This document shows, piece after piece, positions 1-12,699 of a DNA stretch of 64,000 nt. Below the pieces are notes generated by a model, which searched no databases, was not told where the DNA came from, and worked only from the letters and a program-made list of their open reading frames with translations. Position numbers and translations under genes: made by a program. Source of the DNA: the human T2T-CHM13v2.0 reference genome, Homo sapiens; NCBI RefSeq assembly GCF_009914755.1, contig NC_060929.1. One strand, written 5' to 3'. The stretch's first letter is position 1. Each line of letters begins with the position of its first letter.

Positions 1-132
1 CTGGGTTCACACCTAGGGATCAAATTTCAGGTAAAGCTGTGTTTTAACAAGATTCACCCAATTCTTCCAATAATAAACCACATTGGACAGGTTCCAAGAC
101 AAAAATGCCATGTATTGTATTATGCATAATAG

Positions 133-512
<380 letters not shown>

Positions 513-737
513 TTATTCTGTTTCTTAACATGTGAACCTGACTGGCATGCTTACATCAATTGCTCTTTTTTCTTGCTTTGTTGTGGCTGTGTTTTAATGA
601 AAACTCTTCATCCTGAAAGACATCCAGCTCCATGCCAGATCAATGGAATCTGCAGGTTTTCTTTCTGGAATATAAAACAAGAGCTTGGATTCAACTGGCC
701 AAGAAATATATTTGCTAATGAGGCTTTCCTCAAAGGT

Positions 738-1097
738 CACTCATTCATTCAGCAAGTATTTACTGAGCACCTCTTAGGCTCCAGGCATTGTGCATGTCTG
801 TGAATATAAAAGTGAATGAAGCAGACATATGGCCCCTGACTGTGTGGTGGCTGAAATGCAATGGGGAAGACTGAAACAAGCAAACATCTAATTATACATT
901 GTATTACATTGAGGGAGGAAAAAACAGAATACTGTGATAGAGAATAATGCAGTGCAGAGCACTGCTACTTAGAACAGTTGAGGAAAGCCTCGTGGAAGTC
1001 TTTTAAGCCAAGTCCTAATTGATAAGGGAGACCCAACCACTGAAAGAGAGGAGGGGAGTATGTCAGTAGAATAGCAGATGTGAGGGTCTGGCAAAGG
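738..1097 (-). mobile_element. L2 LINE 3' fragment
   Basis: CATTCATTCAGCAAGTATTTACTGAGCAC...CCAGGCATTGTG is the reverse complement of the L2 3' end, followed by typical degenerate L2 body. Confidence 0.8.
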
Positions 1098-2677
1098 GCG
1101 TAGACAATCGATGCTCACCATCTTTGCCCACCTACCTGCTGGCCAGCTTCACAGGGCAAGTCCAGTTCATTTCCCCTAAGAAGCCTTCCTGCCCATCCAC
1201 GCGTGGTCCTCTCTTCCACAACCTCCTCCAGCATTTCAATTGTTCCCCATGACTTACCACTGAGCCATATGCTGGGTTGTATTGTCCTCAGATGGTTCCT
1301 GTGGTTAAACCTGTCTCTTTCACAAGTTTTGCAAACCCACTGAAGACAGAGGGCATGTGCCCCTTTTGCACCCCATGCCATGTCTGCTGCAGCACTGGAG
1401 CGGAACTGACGCGGGAGGCATTGAAATGAACTGAAGATGGAAGGCCTAGCGGGGCAGGTGAACGGCTGTGGCTAAGCCTCTTTTCTATCTGCATCTGCTC
1501 ACATTAGACAAAATGCAAATAAATAGGCCCCATCTCTCTCTGTTCTTAGCATTTATATGACACCTTTCAGCACAGAGAAACGAGTAAGTGTAACCAGAAG
1601 CGGTTGTTCCATGTGCTCATCCCCAGCTCGGCTGTGGCCAGGCATCTGGTCCCCACCTGCCCCCATACCACTCCTTCCCAGAGGGGCAGCTGTGGACCCC
1701 ACCACTTCACTTTCAGCAGAGCCTTTCCCATGGAGCCGCACACTGTTGAAAGAACGCATTGTCTGTGCTAAAGGGAGAACGCAGGTAGCACATTGCAAAT
1801 CTGAGCTGTTACGTGATAGATGAGCAATGAAAAGCGTCCTGACATCATTAAGGTGTTCCAGAACATGCTGTCTGCTCCAGCCTCACCTGCATGCAACCGC
1901 ATGAAGACAGAATTGCCTGCATGATGACCAAAGCCTGGCTTTGGAGTCAGCAAATTGGGTCATTCCAACCCCACGAGGTTTTTCTAGATTCTGCCAGTTG
2001 GGGACAAAGACATTTCATAGAAACTGCTAGACTCACATCTGCAAATGGTCTTAGAGGGTAGGGCTGTCTTCAACCATATGAAAATAGACTTGCCTTTTCA
2101 CTCTTCCAAGTATTCCCAGAATTTGAAGCTGTCCTTCAGCACTACCTCCTGCCCCACATTCTGGAAGCCCTCTCCCAAGCCCCAGGGCATCCATGTCTGG
2201 ACAGGGCCCTCTGTAGAACCCACCGCACAACCTCCTGACTTTGCCAGGGCCCAGCACTAACAGGGAGTTGGGGACAGACCACCTGCTGTGTGGCAGAGCA
2301 ACTTATCTGACATTTATGGGATGAGATTTGTCACGGTCAGAAAGGGCAACTCTTTAAAATTTTTTAAAGAGCATCTCAACCTTTGGCACACTGCCTGGGG
2401 AACTAAAAGTAACCTCTTATTCTTCCCTACTGATATTGTGGAATTTCAAGTTTCTACAAAAGAACTTGAGTATCAGTCAGCAAAAGCAGTGGAGTGGCTG
2501 GATTTATTCCTCATGGCTCAATCACTCCTAATTTGCCTACAGGAACCTAGTGGTCGTTGAGGTAGAAGAGGATACATCACTCTACAACACACAGGACAAC
2601 ATCCTGGGCTCTATCCTCATGGCAGCAAGCTCATTTTGCCTCCTGTTTCATAGTAAGAGTCACTGTTCACCGAGAGC

Positions 2678-2915
2678 AGCATGTGTAGTGATTGGAACAT
2701 GCACTTCAGAGTCAGATTACATGGGTACAAATCCTGGTTCTGTCTCTTACTACCTGTGTGATCTTGAGCAAGTCACGTAGCATCTTGGTTTCCCCGTCTG
2801 TAAACCAGAGGGAAATAATAGCTCAGTCAATGAAATATGATGTGGCTCAAATGATGGCAAAAGTCCTCAGTACAGTGTCTGGCATGTAAAGGGGTGTAGT
2901 AAATATTCACTATTT
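2678..2915 (+). mobile_element. MIR SINE
   Basis: GAGTCAGA...GGGTACAAATCCTGGTTCTG...TGTGTGATCTTGAGCAAGTCAC...TCTGTAAA core and GTGTCTGGCATG tail. Confidence 0.8.
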
Positions 2916-3022
2916 ATCGCAGACCTACTTACTATGTCACACACTGAATTATGTGCTTTATTTAATTCTGTAATTTAATCCTACAACAACTCTCAAAGGT
3001 AGGGCCTATGCTTATAATCACC
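2916..3022 (-). mobile_element. MIR fragment, tail-to-tail with the previous MIR
   Basis: ACTTACTATGTCAC...TTTAATCCTACAACAACTCT...AGGTAGG. Confidence 0.6.
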
Positions 3023-3904
3023 ATGCTATGCTACTCACCTTGTTTCCCTAAGAGAAATATTTTCTTGTCAGTGGCTATTCCCACCTGCAATTTTCCCTTG
3101 ACAAATTGCTCCAAGACAGGTACTTCCTAAGGGGACGCTTTCTCCATTAGTGAGACAGTAGGGGAAATGGAGGGGCAAACCTTGACCCACCATTACCAAG
3201 AAATCACCTGTGGAAGTGAGTCATCTATCTCTCGTCGCTGGGCTGGACTTGATGATTAATGGGAGACATTTAAGATTAATACACTTTCTTGTTTAAGTTT
3301 TGAAAATTAAAGATCTTAGAAATGTGAGCCCAGAGAATAAAGAAAAAAGAAGGAAGTAGAACAATATTCTCTTTCTAGTCACCTGCTTTCAAGAACTCAG
3401 TCCCTTTAGGCCAGCATTTAGAGAATTGCCTGTCCCCAGCCAGGTCATCTTGCTTTCCTTTTCTCCCTCCTCACCTCCAAAGGGACGTTAGTTCCAGCCA
3501 AAGTGCTTATCATAGATCCTCAGCGCAAACAGTTTCCAAGTTACCAAATGGGACCGTGGAACAATTGATTGTACTGGCACAGGCCAACGGTGGGAGATAA
3601 TAGAGTGACATGTGGGCCCAAGCAGCTATTGTTGCTGCATTTTTCTGTTTGGTTTTGGGTTTTTGGTTTTTTTAAAAGCATGAGTGCACAGGCTGTGCTG
3701 GCCTAAGCCCTTGAGATTCTTGAGAAAGAAAAGATACCTCAGCTAGAGTCTTATTGAGGCCAAGTTTCTAACAGCTCAGGCCCAATCCTGTTACCTTAAC
3801 AGAGCTGACACTACCTCATCCTGAAACGGGCTTTCAGACCCAGCCATCAAGAGCTATCCTTTGGCCCCAAATGTCACTACCAGAGTTAGGCCATTTAAAT
3901 GAGC

Positions 3905-4116
3905 ATGGCTGACATTTATTGAGCACTTTTCACTGTGATAAAAGGCTTTTCAGGCTTTCATTTAGATCTCAAAACAGATGCATTTTAAAGAGACTTATAT
4001 TTTCTGATTTCTAGGAATAAGAAGGCAGAAGCCAAGAGATCTTGAGAACCTCACCTATAACTGCACAGCTGGTCAGTGATAGGGCAAGAATCTGAGCCCA
4101 GGCCTGTGTCTTTGAC
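3905..4116 (-). mobile_element. MIR fragment
   Basis: GCTGACATTTATTGAGCACTT...CACAGCTGGTCAGTGATAGGGCAAGAATCTGAGCCCAGG. Confidence 0.65.
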
Positions 4117-4361
4117 CTTAAACCCATTGCCTAAGAATGAGAGGAGACAAAAGGAAAGCACAGGAAGTGGGGGAAAGGATGAAGACAAAAGAAGAAGGTG
4201 TGATATAAGACCTAAAGTCAACACCCAATATTACGTGCTGTCTTGACATCTGGCAAAGTATGGCAGGCCCCAAATGGCCTAGATGCAAGTTCCCCTCCTC
4301 ACTCTGCTTCTGAGGATAAGGTTTTCTAGCCAAACAACACTCTTTATCAGAGGTCAAATAG

Positions 4362-4518
4362 GGCTGGGCACGGTGGCTTGCACCTGTAGTCCCAGCTACT
4401 CAGGAGGTTGAGATGGTAGGATCACTTGAGCCCAGGAGTTCAAGGCTGCAGTGAGCTATGAGCTATGATTGTACCACTGCACTCCAGCCTGGGTGACATC
4501 ATCTCTAAAAAAAAAAAA
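4362..4518 (+). mobile_element. FRAM (free right Alu monomer)
   Basis: Single monomer GGCTGGGCACGGTGGC...CCTGTAGTCCCAGCTACT...GAGCCCAGGAGTTCAAGGCTGCAGTGAGCTATG...CACTGCACTCCAGCCTGGG plus A12 tail. Internal GAGCTAT duplication. Confidence 0.85.
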
Positions 4519-4532
4519 GAGAGAGAGACAGA

Positions 4533-4902
<370 letters not shown>

Positions 4903-5282
4903 TCAAACAAGGTAAATACATTCTCCCTCACAAACCAGGGGGCACACCACTCTCCTGATGCTACAAAGCTTGCCTCTCTCTGCTTGTTCCCTCCGTTTCC
5001 AAGCGCAGCAGCCATGTGGCCTTGCACGGCATGAGGTGTCCTCCTCCCGGGGCTTTGAGCAGACATATGTACCAATAAACCACCGTTCATACCATCTGTC
5101 CAGTGTCAGGTATCATGTTTCATTCAGCCATGCCTGCATCCCTAGGATGGGAATCCCTCACTCTTCAAGAGGAGGTGATCAAAACAGAAGAAAAATAGTT
5201 AAAGAGGAAAGGATGAAGGATGAATCTGAGGTGACCCACCTGCAGATTCAGCCACAGGGTCTTCCATGTGGGTCCAGAGGCT

Positions 5283-5500
5283 GTGATGCTGTGGTTAAGA
5301 GAGCAGATCTGGAGACAGCCTGGATTTAAATCATTTCTCTACCACCTTCAGGCAAGTTACTTAACCCCTCTGGGCCTTCATCCCTTATCTGTAATGTGGG
5401 AATGGATAATAGCCACCATCCATTTGGTGTAAGAATTAAATAAAATCATGCATGTATAGCCCATTGGAGAAGGCCTAGCACTTAGCAAAGGCCCGTTATC
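5283..5500 (+). mobile_element. MIR
   Basis: GTGGTTAAGAGAGCAGATCTGGAGACAG...GGCAAGTTACTTAACCCCTCTGGGCCT...ATCTGTAATGTGGG. Confidence 0.8.
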
Positions 5501-5884
5501 TTTAATATCCTAAACCTTCATGCTCTGGGATCACTTTTCCTCCTGAATCTACCAGAGAACCCATTTGCCTTTCCTCCACTGGCCCAGCCAGCTCATCTTT
5601 GTGTTTCTGCAGCATTATTTGTGGAGCTGTTGACTGCAATATTCCTTTAAAATGTCTCTAAATTGTGTGCACCAACTTAAGTAAATAACTGAAGGACCTA
5701 GTCCTCCTATGCTGCCCAACAAGGAGCGCTAGTTTCAAGCACTCTAAAACTGCCATAGCCTTCACACAACAAGGACAGCAGAGAAAGTCGTTCTTAGAGT
5801 TTTCCAAGTGAATAGGCATCAACATTCTGAAAAGCTTCAGCAGAGTCTACTAGGTATTCATGTTTGAATATTTATTCACCAATG

Positions 5885-6050
5885 AGAGCTCACATTTATT
5901 GAGTGTTTATTGTGTGGCAGGCACTATTACAAGCATTTACGTGCATTCACTCTTTTTATTTTCACAGCAATAGATTTGAGGTAAAGTATTGCCCTAATTT
6001 TGCAGATGAGGAAATGGAGGCACAGAGGGGTTCACCAATTAATTCAAGTT
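5885..6050 (-). mobile_element. MIR
   Basis: CACATTTATTGAGTGTTTATTGTGTGGCAGGCACT...TTTTGCAGATGAGGAAATGGAGGCACAGAGGGGTT. Confidence 0.85.
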
Positions 6051-6199
6051 TCAGAAATTCTGTTTAACTGGTCTAGGGAAAGGGCCCAGGCAGTGGTCTG
6101 TTTTCAAAGCACCCTCAGTGGTTCTCAGGTGCTGTTAGGGTCAGAAACGCTTTCGGGAGCCAGCACGCTGATCCTGCGATCCTGTGATCACATCATGCC

Positions 6200-6362
6200 T
6201 TGCATTGTGAACTGTTTCCTCTAAGTGTCTCATGTCTCCAATTACATCATAAATCCCAGGAGTGAAAAGCTAAACAGAAACAATGTCTTCTATTAATCTG
6301 GAATCTATTCCTTCAGTACTGACACCACTGGATTTGTCCAGAGTAGGCACTCAGTAAACTTG
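6200..6362 (+). mobile_element. L2 3' fragment
   Basis: Ends CAGAGTAGGCACTCAGTAAAC, the L2 terminal motif; body is degenerate. Confidence 0.5.
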
Positions 6363-6399
6363 ACATCTACATACTTGGATTGTGCACAGTGATTGGGAA

Positions 6400-6580
6400 C
6401 TTCTGCCATTCAAGGCAGGCACTGTTTTAGGTGACTTACATCAATTATTACCTTTATTCTAAGAAGAAGGTGTTACTCTTATTATTCCCATTTTATAGAT
6501 GGAGAAACAAAGGCACAAATTGCTTATGGACACACGACTAGTAAATGGCAGAGCTTTGAGTTGACCAATCTGGCTCCATA
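6400..6580 (-). mobile_element. MIR
   Basis: ATTATTCCCATTTTATAGATGGAGAAACAAAGGCAC...CTAGTAAATGGCAGAGC. Confidence 0.8.
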
Positions 6581-6690
6581 GCATGACCTAATCCAATGTA
6601 GTACAGTGGAGGGTGAGGGGAAGGGGAGAGGAAAAACCATAAAGAGGAAGACAAAGTCAACTTGAGAATTCCAAGTTATTTAACTAGTAT

Positions 6691-7575
6691 AGTATCAGTT
6701 TGGTAGCACTGCTGTAATTAAGCATCATAGACAGGGTGGGTAAAAAAACAGGAATTCATTATCTCACTGTCCTGGAGGCTAGAAGTCTTTAGGGGACAAG
6801 AAATATCTTTTCTTCCCCTCTTGGGTTCATGACTGTGGTGGCCCCTATAACAAAAGACAGATTAACAGGAGAAAAGCGTGGCAAATTTATTTAATATAAG
6901 TTTTACACAGCATAACCTTTGGAAATGAAGACCCAAAAAAAGAGGGAAACATCTGTAAAGTTATCCTAAGCTTGGTGAAGAAGTGGATAATTGTGAAGAA
7001 GTATGATTGGACAAAGGAGGTGTGACCTAATAGTAATAAATGGGGGGGAAATTTAGCAAGGCCTGTTTGTTCAGATTCGTCTGTGTCCCTGTCCTCAGAG
7101 ATAAGGATGTTTCTTTCCTCCAGCTATAGGGAGGGCAGCTCTCCCATCAAGTCTTATGACCTGCTGCAGGGGAAGGTCAGAAAATTCTTTCTAGATTTTA
7201 TGACCTACTTCTGGAGAAAAGGGCTAAGGGAAGGTGATAGTGGCCTTCCTGCTTTTGCTGTTTTCTCAAATGCCAAAGTGTCATATTTGATGTTCAAAGA
7301 TGTGTGCAGTCTTTGACTTTCCTTAGCACATAGAAGCATCTCCCCAACCTCTGCTTTTGTCTTCCTCATGGTGTTCTTCCTGTGTGTGGGTTTGTCCCCA
7401 AATTTCCCCTTTTCATAAGAACACCAGTCATATTGGATTAGAGCCCACCCTAGCGACCTCATTTTAACTTGATCGCCTCTGTAAAGATCCTCTCTCCAAA
7501 TACATCACATTCTGAGGTACTAGGGGTAGGACTTCAACATATGGATTTGAGGAAGACACAATTCACCCCTCCGCA
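6691..7575 (-). mobile_element. MLT1C-like MaLR solo LTR in two pieces (6691-6787 and ~7305-7575)
   Basis: GTATCAGTTTGGTAG...CTGGAGGCTAGAAGTC, then CACCAGTCATATTGGATTAG...CACATTCTGAGGTACTAGGGGTAGGACTTCAACATATG...ACACAATTCA. Confidence 0.85.
6788..7289 (-). mobile_element. ERV1 MER4-group LTR (MER34/MER39-like) nested in the MLT1C
   Basis: AACAAAAGACAGATTAACAGGAGAAAAG, TTTATT (minus-strand AATAAA), AAATGAAGACCC, TGATTGG, and terminal TCTCAAATGCCAAAGTGTCATATTT. Subfamily from recall only. Confidence 0.7.
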
Positions 7576-8243
7576 GAAGTCGGGGTCACATGGTGGGTAG
7601 GTTAATAAGCCAGTGCTCCACAGGAGTGGGAAGGAAAACACTCCCAAGACTGGAGGCTGCCAAGAGAACGGCTCCGATGTGTTTAGATGAGGGTGGGTCA
7701 AACTTCAGCAGAAGCCAGGGTAGCAAGGCCACACTCAGGCTTCTGCTGGCACCTAGCATGAGTGGTCACCGAATGGCTCCCCTCTTTTCCTGGCAACGCC
7801 TGGGCCCCTGGATTGCACAACACTCTCATCAATGAAAACCAATAAGCTGAAAGAAAAACTAAACAACAAAATAAACCACACACATAAAAAAGAGTAACCT
7901 TATGTTGTCTGTAAAAAACCTCAAAAAATGCCAACAAGTACTGAGTCAGGAAATTCTCCCCTAATAGCTTTTGTTGGAAACATTTAACATTTCTACTTTA
8001 TCTCTTCTTTTCTTTCAGACCACTCCTCAGAGGCAATCAAGTGCAACAATACCATCATTCAGGACTTTTGGTTCCCAGAGGACTCACTCTGAGCCTTGGC
8101 CAACATACACCCTTATAATATCAGAGCAGCCTTAACTCCCCGAGAGTGGATTTCCTCCAGCCCTTCTGAGCTGAGGGAGAGGAGGATTACATATCTGATA
8201 CACCAGTTTTGTTGCCATCTGGCCACCAAAAGAGAGCACTGGG

Positions 8244-8428
8244 TTGATTGTATCCCCTCGGTAGTGACTGCTAAGGAGACACATCCCCAAAACTAACGTT
8301 TCAAGTCTGGCAGTGGCCAAGAAATATCAAAGACCCTCTATAAGGGGCCTTTCAATGCCACCCAATAGTAATCTTCACATCCCAGGACAACAGTTCAGTT
8401 AAAGACTGGACCACTGGACCCTCACAGG
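8244..8428 (+). repeat. Local direct repeat, copy 1 (partner at 10016-10160)
   Basis: Three collinear shared blocks, including an identical 29-mer AGTTCAGTTAAAGACTGGACCACTGGACC at 8392-8420 and 10124-10152. Confidence 0.9.
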
Positions 8429-10015
8429 ACAAGAATACAGCTAAGAAAGGACCACAGCACAATCTCAGCTGTCCTCGTACCTCAATCTTCCACTTGGAAT
8501 TCCAGGTCACTCTGTGTCACAGCCTCTCTGTACCAATTGCTACCCCGTGAGGCTAGGATCCCTAAACACCTTCATTGTTTCTGCATTCTGAACCAAACGC
8601 GTAAACAGGGAGGCAGAGGAGGGATGTGGCGGGGTGGAGCAGGCAGAGAGAGTGTGCACAGAGAATGCAAGTGATGCACTTTGGTGTGGACAAGCTGATT
8701 GCTGGCCTAATTACTATGGGCTCTACCTCAATGAAACACCATCTTTCTGGTCAGAGAAGCAAAGAGATTTTTTTTTTAATGCAGAGCAATAAATAGCAAG
8801 GAAAATAGAGGCACATTCCCTTCCTCACCACTCCCAACCGCAAAGGCTCAGCTTACTCCTAAAAGGGGATTCATGAACTTCCAGGCTGGCATTCAGAGAG
8901 CCTTAGTCTGGCAAAGTCCATCCTTCCCAAGAGTCAGGTGGAATCAATGAGCCCATTGTTCTCAAGCCTGTGCTGAGAAATAATATGTACAAAACAATAG
9001 AGAGCCAATGCCAGAGGTGATCTTTGGCCACAATCATCATGCTAGAATAAATAACGCATCAACATACACTGATTAGGAAATGACATATTAATTGTCCAGA
9101 CATTGAGAGTGAAGGGATAGGCTGAGCCAGCCACCTTTGCTGTTTTCAGCATGAGCAGAAGGCTTCACTGGAGACACATAAGAAAGGGCAGGGCTCACCC
9201 TCCAGACCAAGACCCGAGAGCACAGGGCAGGCAGCAGCCACCAACAAAGGATCCACGCCGGAGGGGCTGGGAAATGGTGTTACGAGCCTCACTCCTGTGA
9301 GTTTCACATTTCTCATCGTGAACCATATTAATACATTTATTGCTTGGAAGAGACGGGGAGAAAATGGAGACTTGCTGAGCATCTGTCCACATGCACTTCC
9401 TCACTCGCTGTGATCTTCCTAACTCCCTGGGTAGGTACCATCATTCTCGTCCTACAGAAGAGACTAAGAGGAGATAAGTAATTCCTACCTAAGGACCAGT
9501 TATCAAATCAATATTCATTTTTCTTGCAAAAAGATGTTCCACTCTGAATTAAGGCCAAGGAAGAACATACCAAGTTTGGTGTTAGGTTATTTGTGAGCAC
9601 AGAATCTTTGACAGTATAACCTGGTTAATGAACTTGTTAGGGAACAAAAGGAAACAAGTTTATCCTTCCCCCATCCCAAGCTCTGAGAGATTTCACCTCC
9701 CCCACTCTCAGCCCCAGGCCCCTCCAATGTCTTGGCTTCACTCCATAGCTTTCTGGGCTGCTTCCACTAACAAGACCTGGTCTCCTTTGGTAGTTAAGAG
9801 CCTTTCAGGTATTAACAAGTCTCCTCCAAGAGAATACTTCTCTCTCACTTCATGTTGAAGCTTCCTTCTTCCTGAAACTGAAGGCTGATTCTGCTTGTTC
9901 AGAAGTGGGAAGGAGGAATGGTGATTAGGAAGAAGAAGGGGAAGACCGTTCCACATGCCTTGCCTTCACAGGAAGCCCTGTCACTCAGGGTCCCCTGAGA
10001 CACCCAGGCATCCGT

Positions 10016-10160
10016 TTGATTGCATCCTCTAGATAGTGACTGCTGAGAAGACACATCCCCATCTCTGGCCGTGGCCAAGAAATACCAAGCACCTTCCATC
10101 AGTGCCTCACTTCCCAGGACAAGAGTTCAGTTAAAGACTGGACCACTGGACCTCACACAT
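10016..10160 (+). repeat. Local direct repeat, copy 2
   Basis: TTGATTGCATCCTCTAGATAGTGACTGCTGAGAAGACACATCCCC / TCTGGCCGTGGCCAAGAAATACCAA / TCCCAGGACAAGAGTTCAGTTAAAGACTGGACCACTGGACC align to copy 1 with two gaps. Confidence 0.9.
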
Positions 10161-11889
10161 AGGAAGCTCACACCCCAGCTAGCCCTGAGTTCAGAGTGCG
10201 CCAGGCAAGCTCCAGGCTTGAGATTTGCATCCACCCCCAAACTCTCAGGGATGCATGCAAACCTCTCCCAAGGCAGTGGGTGAACCCCTGCTCTTCCGTA
10301 CATCATGTTCAGCCAGCCAGGGAGCAGAGAGCAGCTTTCCTTCATGCAGGTCCCCCTTACATTGCAAAAGCCAATGAAGGCAAGAGCCAAATGGAGACCA
10401 AAATGCCAAATATTGAAATGTTTCAAAGTTACAAGTCAAGTCAAAATTACTATTAAATAAAATAAGTTCTAGCTTCCCACCTTGACAAATATAGCTCCTC
10501 AATGGCCTAAAAGGTCAGTTTGCATTTAGAATGTTCGGTCTTCTTGGAATTTGAATCTGAGCTTTTCCTCCCATCCTCAGACCCTGTCACTGGCCGACAA
10601 GCTGCTCTGCTTTTCTTCCCACTCCCAAATCCTTTCCACACCATAAGGGCAGTGAGCCACCCAGACTGTACATCCAAGATCCACCCATATCCTTCCCAAA
10701 CTGCTGCCCAGAGCTGAGCACAGTCCACCTTGGGGGAAGGACCCAAAGCAGATCAGAGCAGGCCCTGGAAAGAGACACATTCTGAAGGCCTGGACACTTG
10801 GAACGTGATGGGGAGGCGGAGGCATGGTCTCCAGGAGGACACGTCCCCTTAATCCCACAGGCTCTGGCTCCTGCTTCATGGGGAGGAGTGTGCTGAAGAA
10901 TTCCAGAGAGGGCCTCTCTCCCAGGAAGAGGGCACGGCAGGGGCCACACCCGAGGGCAGTTCTGATGAGGGTTCTCCTCAGCCCTCCTTCACCTGCCTGA
11001 AGGGGGCAACATGGGAAGGGGAGGGCAAATGCCACAGCCCCGTCCCCAAAAGCCCTCAGCTCACCAGTCAGTGATTCCCCTTGCTATGAGTCTGTGTCTC
11101 CTGCTAATGTGGACTTCATGGGATAGTGGGCAGGGTGAAGGGCAAAGGGCCTGTTTGGCCTCCCTCTGGAGGGGCTGATTTCTTTATAATATGCAGACAC
11201 TTACTGCCCACCGCATTCTGCTTTGGGGCTTTAGCCAAAATCCAGAGACCTCCATTTCCCTCGGGGGACAGAATGGACACATAGTTCTAACACGACAAGG
11301 ATTTCAACCGGGGAGGAGTGTTTCACACGCCCACATTTTAACACCATGAGGAGGGAGAGAGTGAGCGTGCGGTTCACATATGGGCAACTTTAAAAGCAGG
11401 CACTATCGTGTGACAAGACTAAACTTAGGGAAACGTGTCTGCAGTGACACAGGGAGAAGACACCAAATTCCCACTGGGGAAGCTCCACGAAGACTTTGGA
11501 AGAGAATGTTCATCTGGATCCACTTTTACACTCACAGGAACCTGCTCTTTCTCAAACTTGGCCATTTTGTGAAATGGCTTGGACTTGGACAGCACGGTGC
11601 CATCCAAGGCCCTGATGGCAGGAGGCCACTTCCCTTATACCACTGAACTACTTCTGGGTTGGCAGCAGCTACTGTCCCCACCCAGAGTGCCTTCCTTTTG
11701 TCTTAGCAGTTGTGAGGCGTGAGGAAGCACTGTCACCTGCCAGGCGCCCAACCTCTCCCGCCTCCACTCAGCATGTTGGGGACCACCTGGCCTGAAGCTA
11801 TGAGTGGGCTAAGCCCTGCTCTGGTCTCTGGCCAAGAGGGAGTTGAGGAACTTAGGTCTTATGCATCAACACAGAGGAGTGCATAGAGA

Positions 11890-12110
11890 AAACAGGACCT
11901 AATTTGGAATTGGAAGCTCTGAATTTAAGTTCTGATTCAGCTGCTTCTTAGTTGTAAGCTTTTCAGACATCAGTGGATTTTCTGGGCTTTATCTGGAAAT
12001 TGGAGTTTCTTCATCTGGAAATTGGAGACATTAAGAACATCTGCTTTCCCACCTCAGTGAGGAATGGAATGAACTACTACGGTATCATTTGGAAGCTGTG
12101 AATTCTGAAT
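11890..12110 (+). mobile_element. MIR (old, MIRb/c-like)
   Basis: TGGAATTGGAAGCTCTGAATTTAAGTTCTGATTCAGCTGCTTCTTAGTTG...TTTCTTCATCTGGAAATTGGAG. Confidence 0.6.
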
Positions 12111-12699
12111 TGTTAGAGTTATGAGTCTTGGCTTTGAATAGGAACACTGTGGTCTTTGTTTATGGTTTATTAATGTCGACTCTCTAGAACCATGGCTCTG
12201 CCTACACTGGTAGGCCAAATAGTAACAATAATGGCAACAACAACCTCTTGAAGAAGAAAAAGTCTAAAATAATATAATCAGAATAGCTCAGTATTTGTTG
12301 AGAAGCTTCTATGTGCTAGAACTAGGCTGCGTGCTCAGATTTGCCTCACTTAATACTTAACCACACCTCATGAGAATCACTATCACACCTGGTCTCTGTC
12401 CCTGCATACCAGCCTGATGCATGGGCTGAATGAGCCTGGATATCTGAATACTAATACATTCCACCTCCTGTTGGGATACCTTGCACTCTCATTTGGAACC
12501 TTCTCAATGTTAGCCAACTGGACCTTCTTGAATTTTTACATACTCACAAGATGCCCTGCTGGATGGGGCTTTCTCCAAACATAAGCAAGCACTAGGGTCT
12601 GACCTTGGGTTTATTCATCCCAATGCAGCCCAGGTGTTCATACCTGTTCCCAGTGATCCCAGCACCAAGTGGGCCATAAGAACTGGGTTCTGCATGGTT

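Noticed and set aside
1550-1589. Plus-strand micro-exon ending CGA|GTAAGT, and the acceptor at 27288
   Set aside because: Isolated splice-like signals with ambiguous partners; not distinguishable from background.
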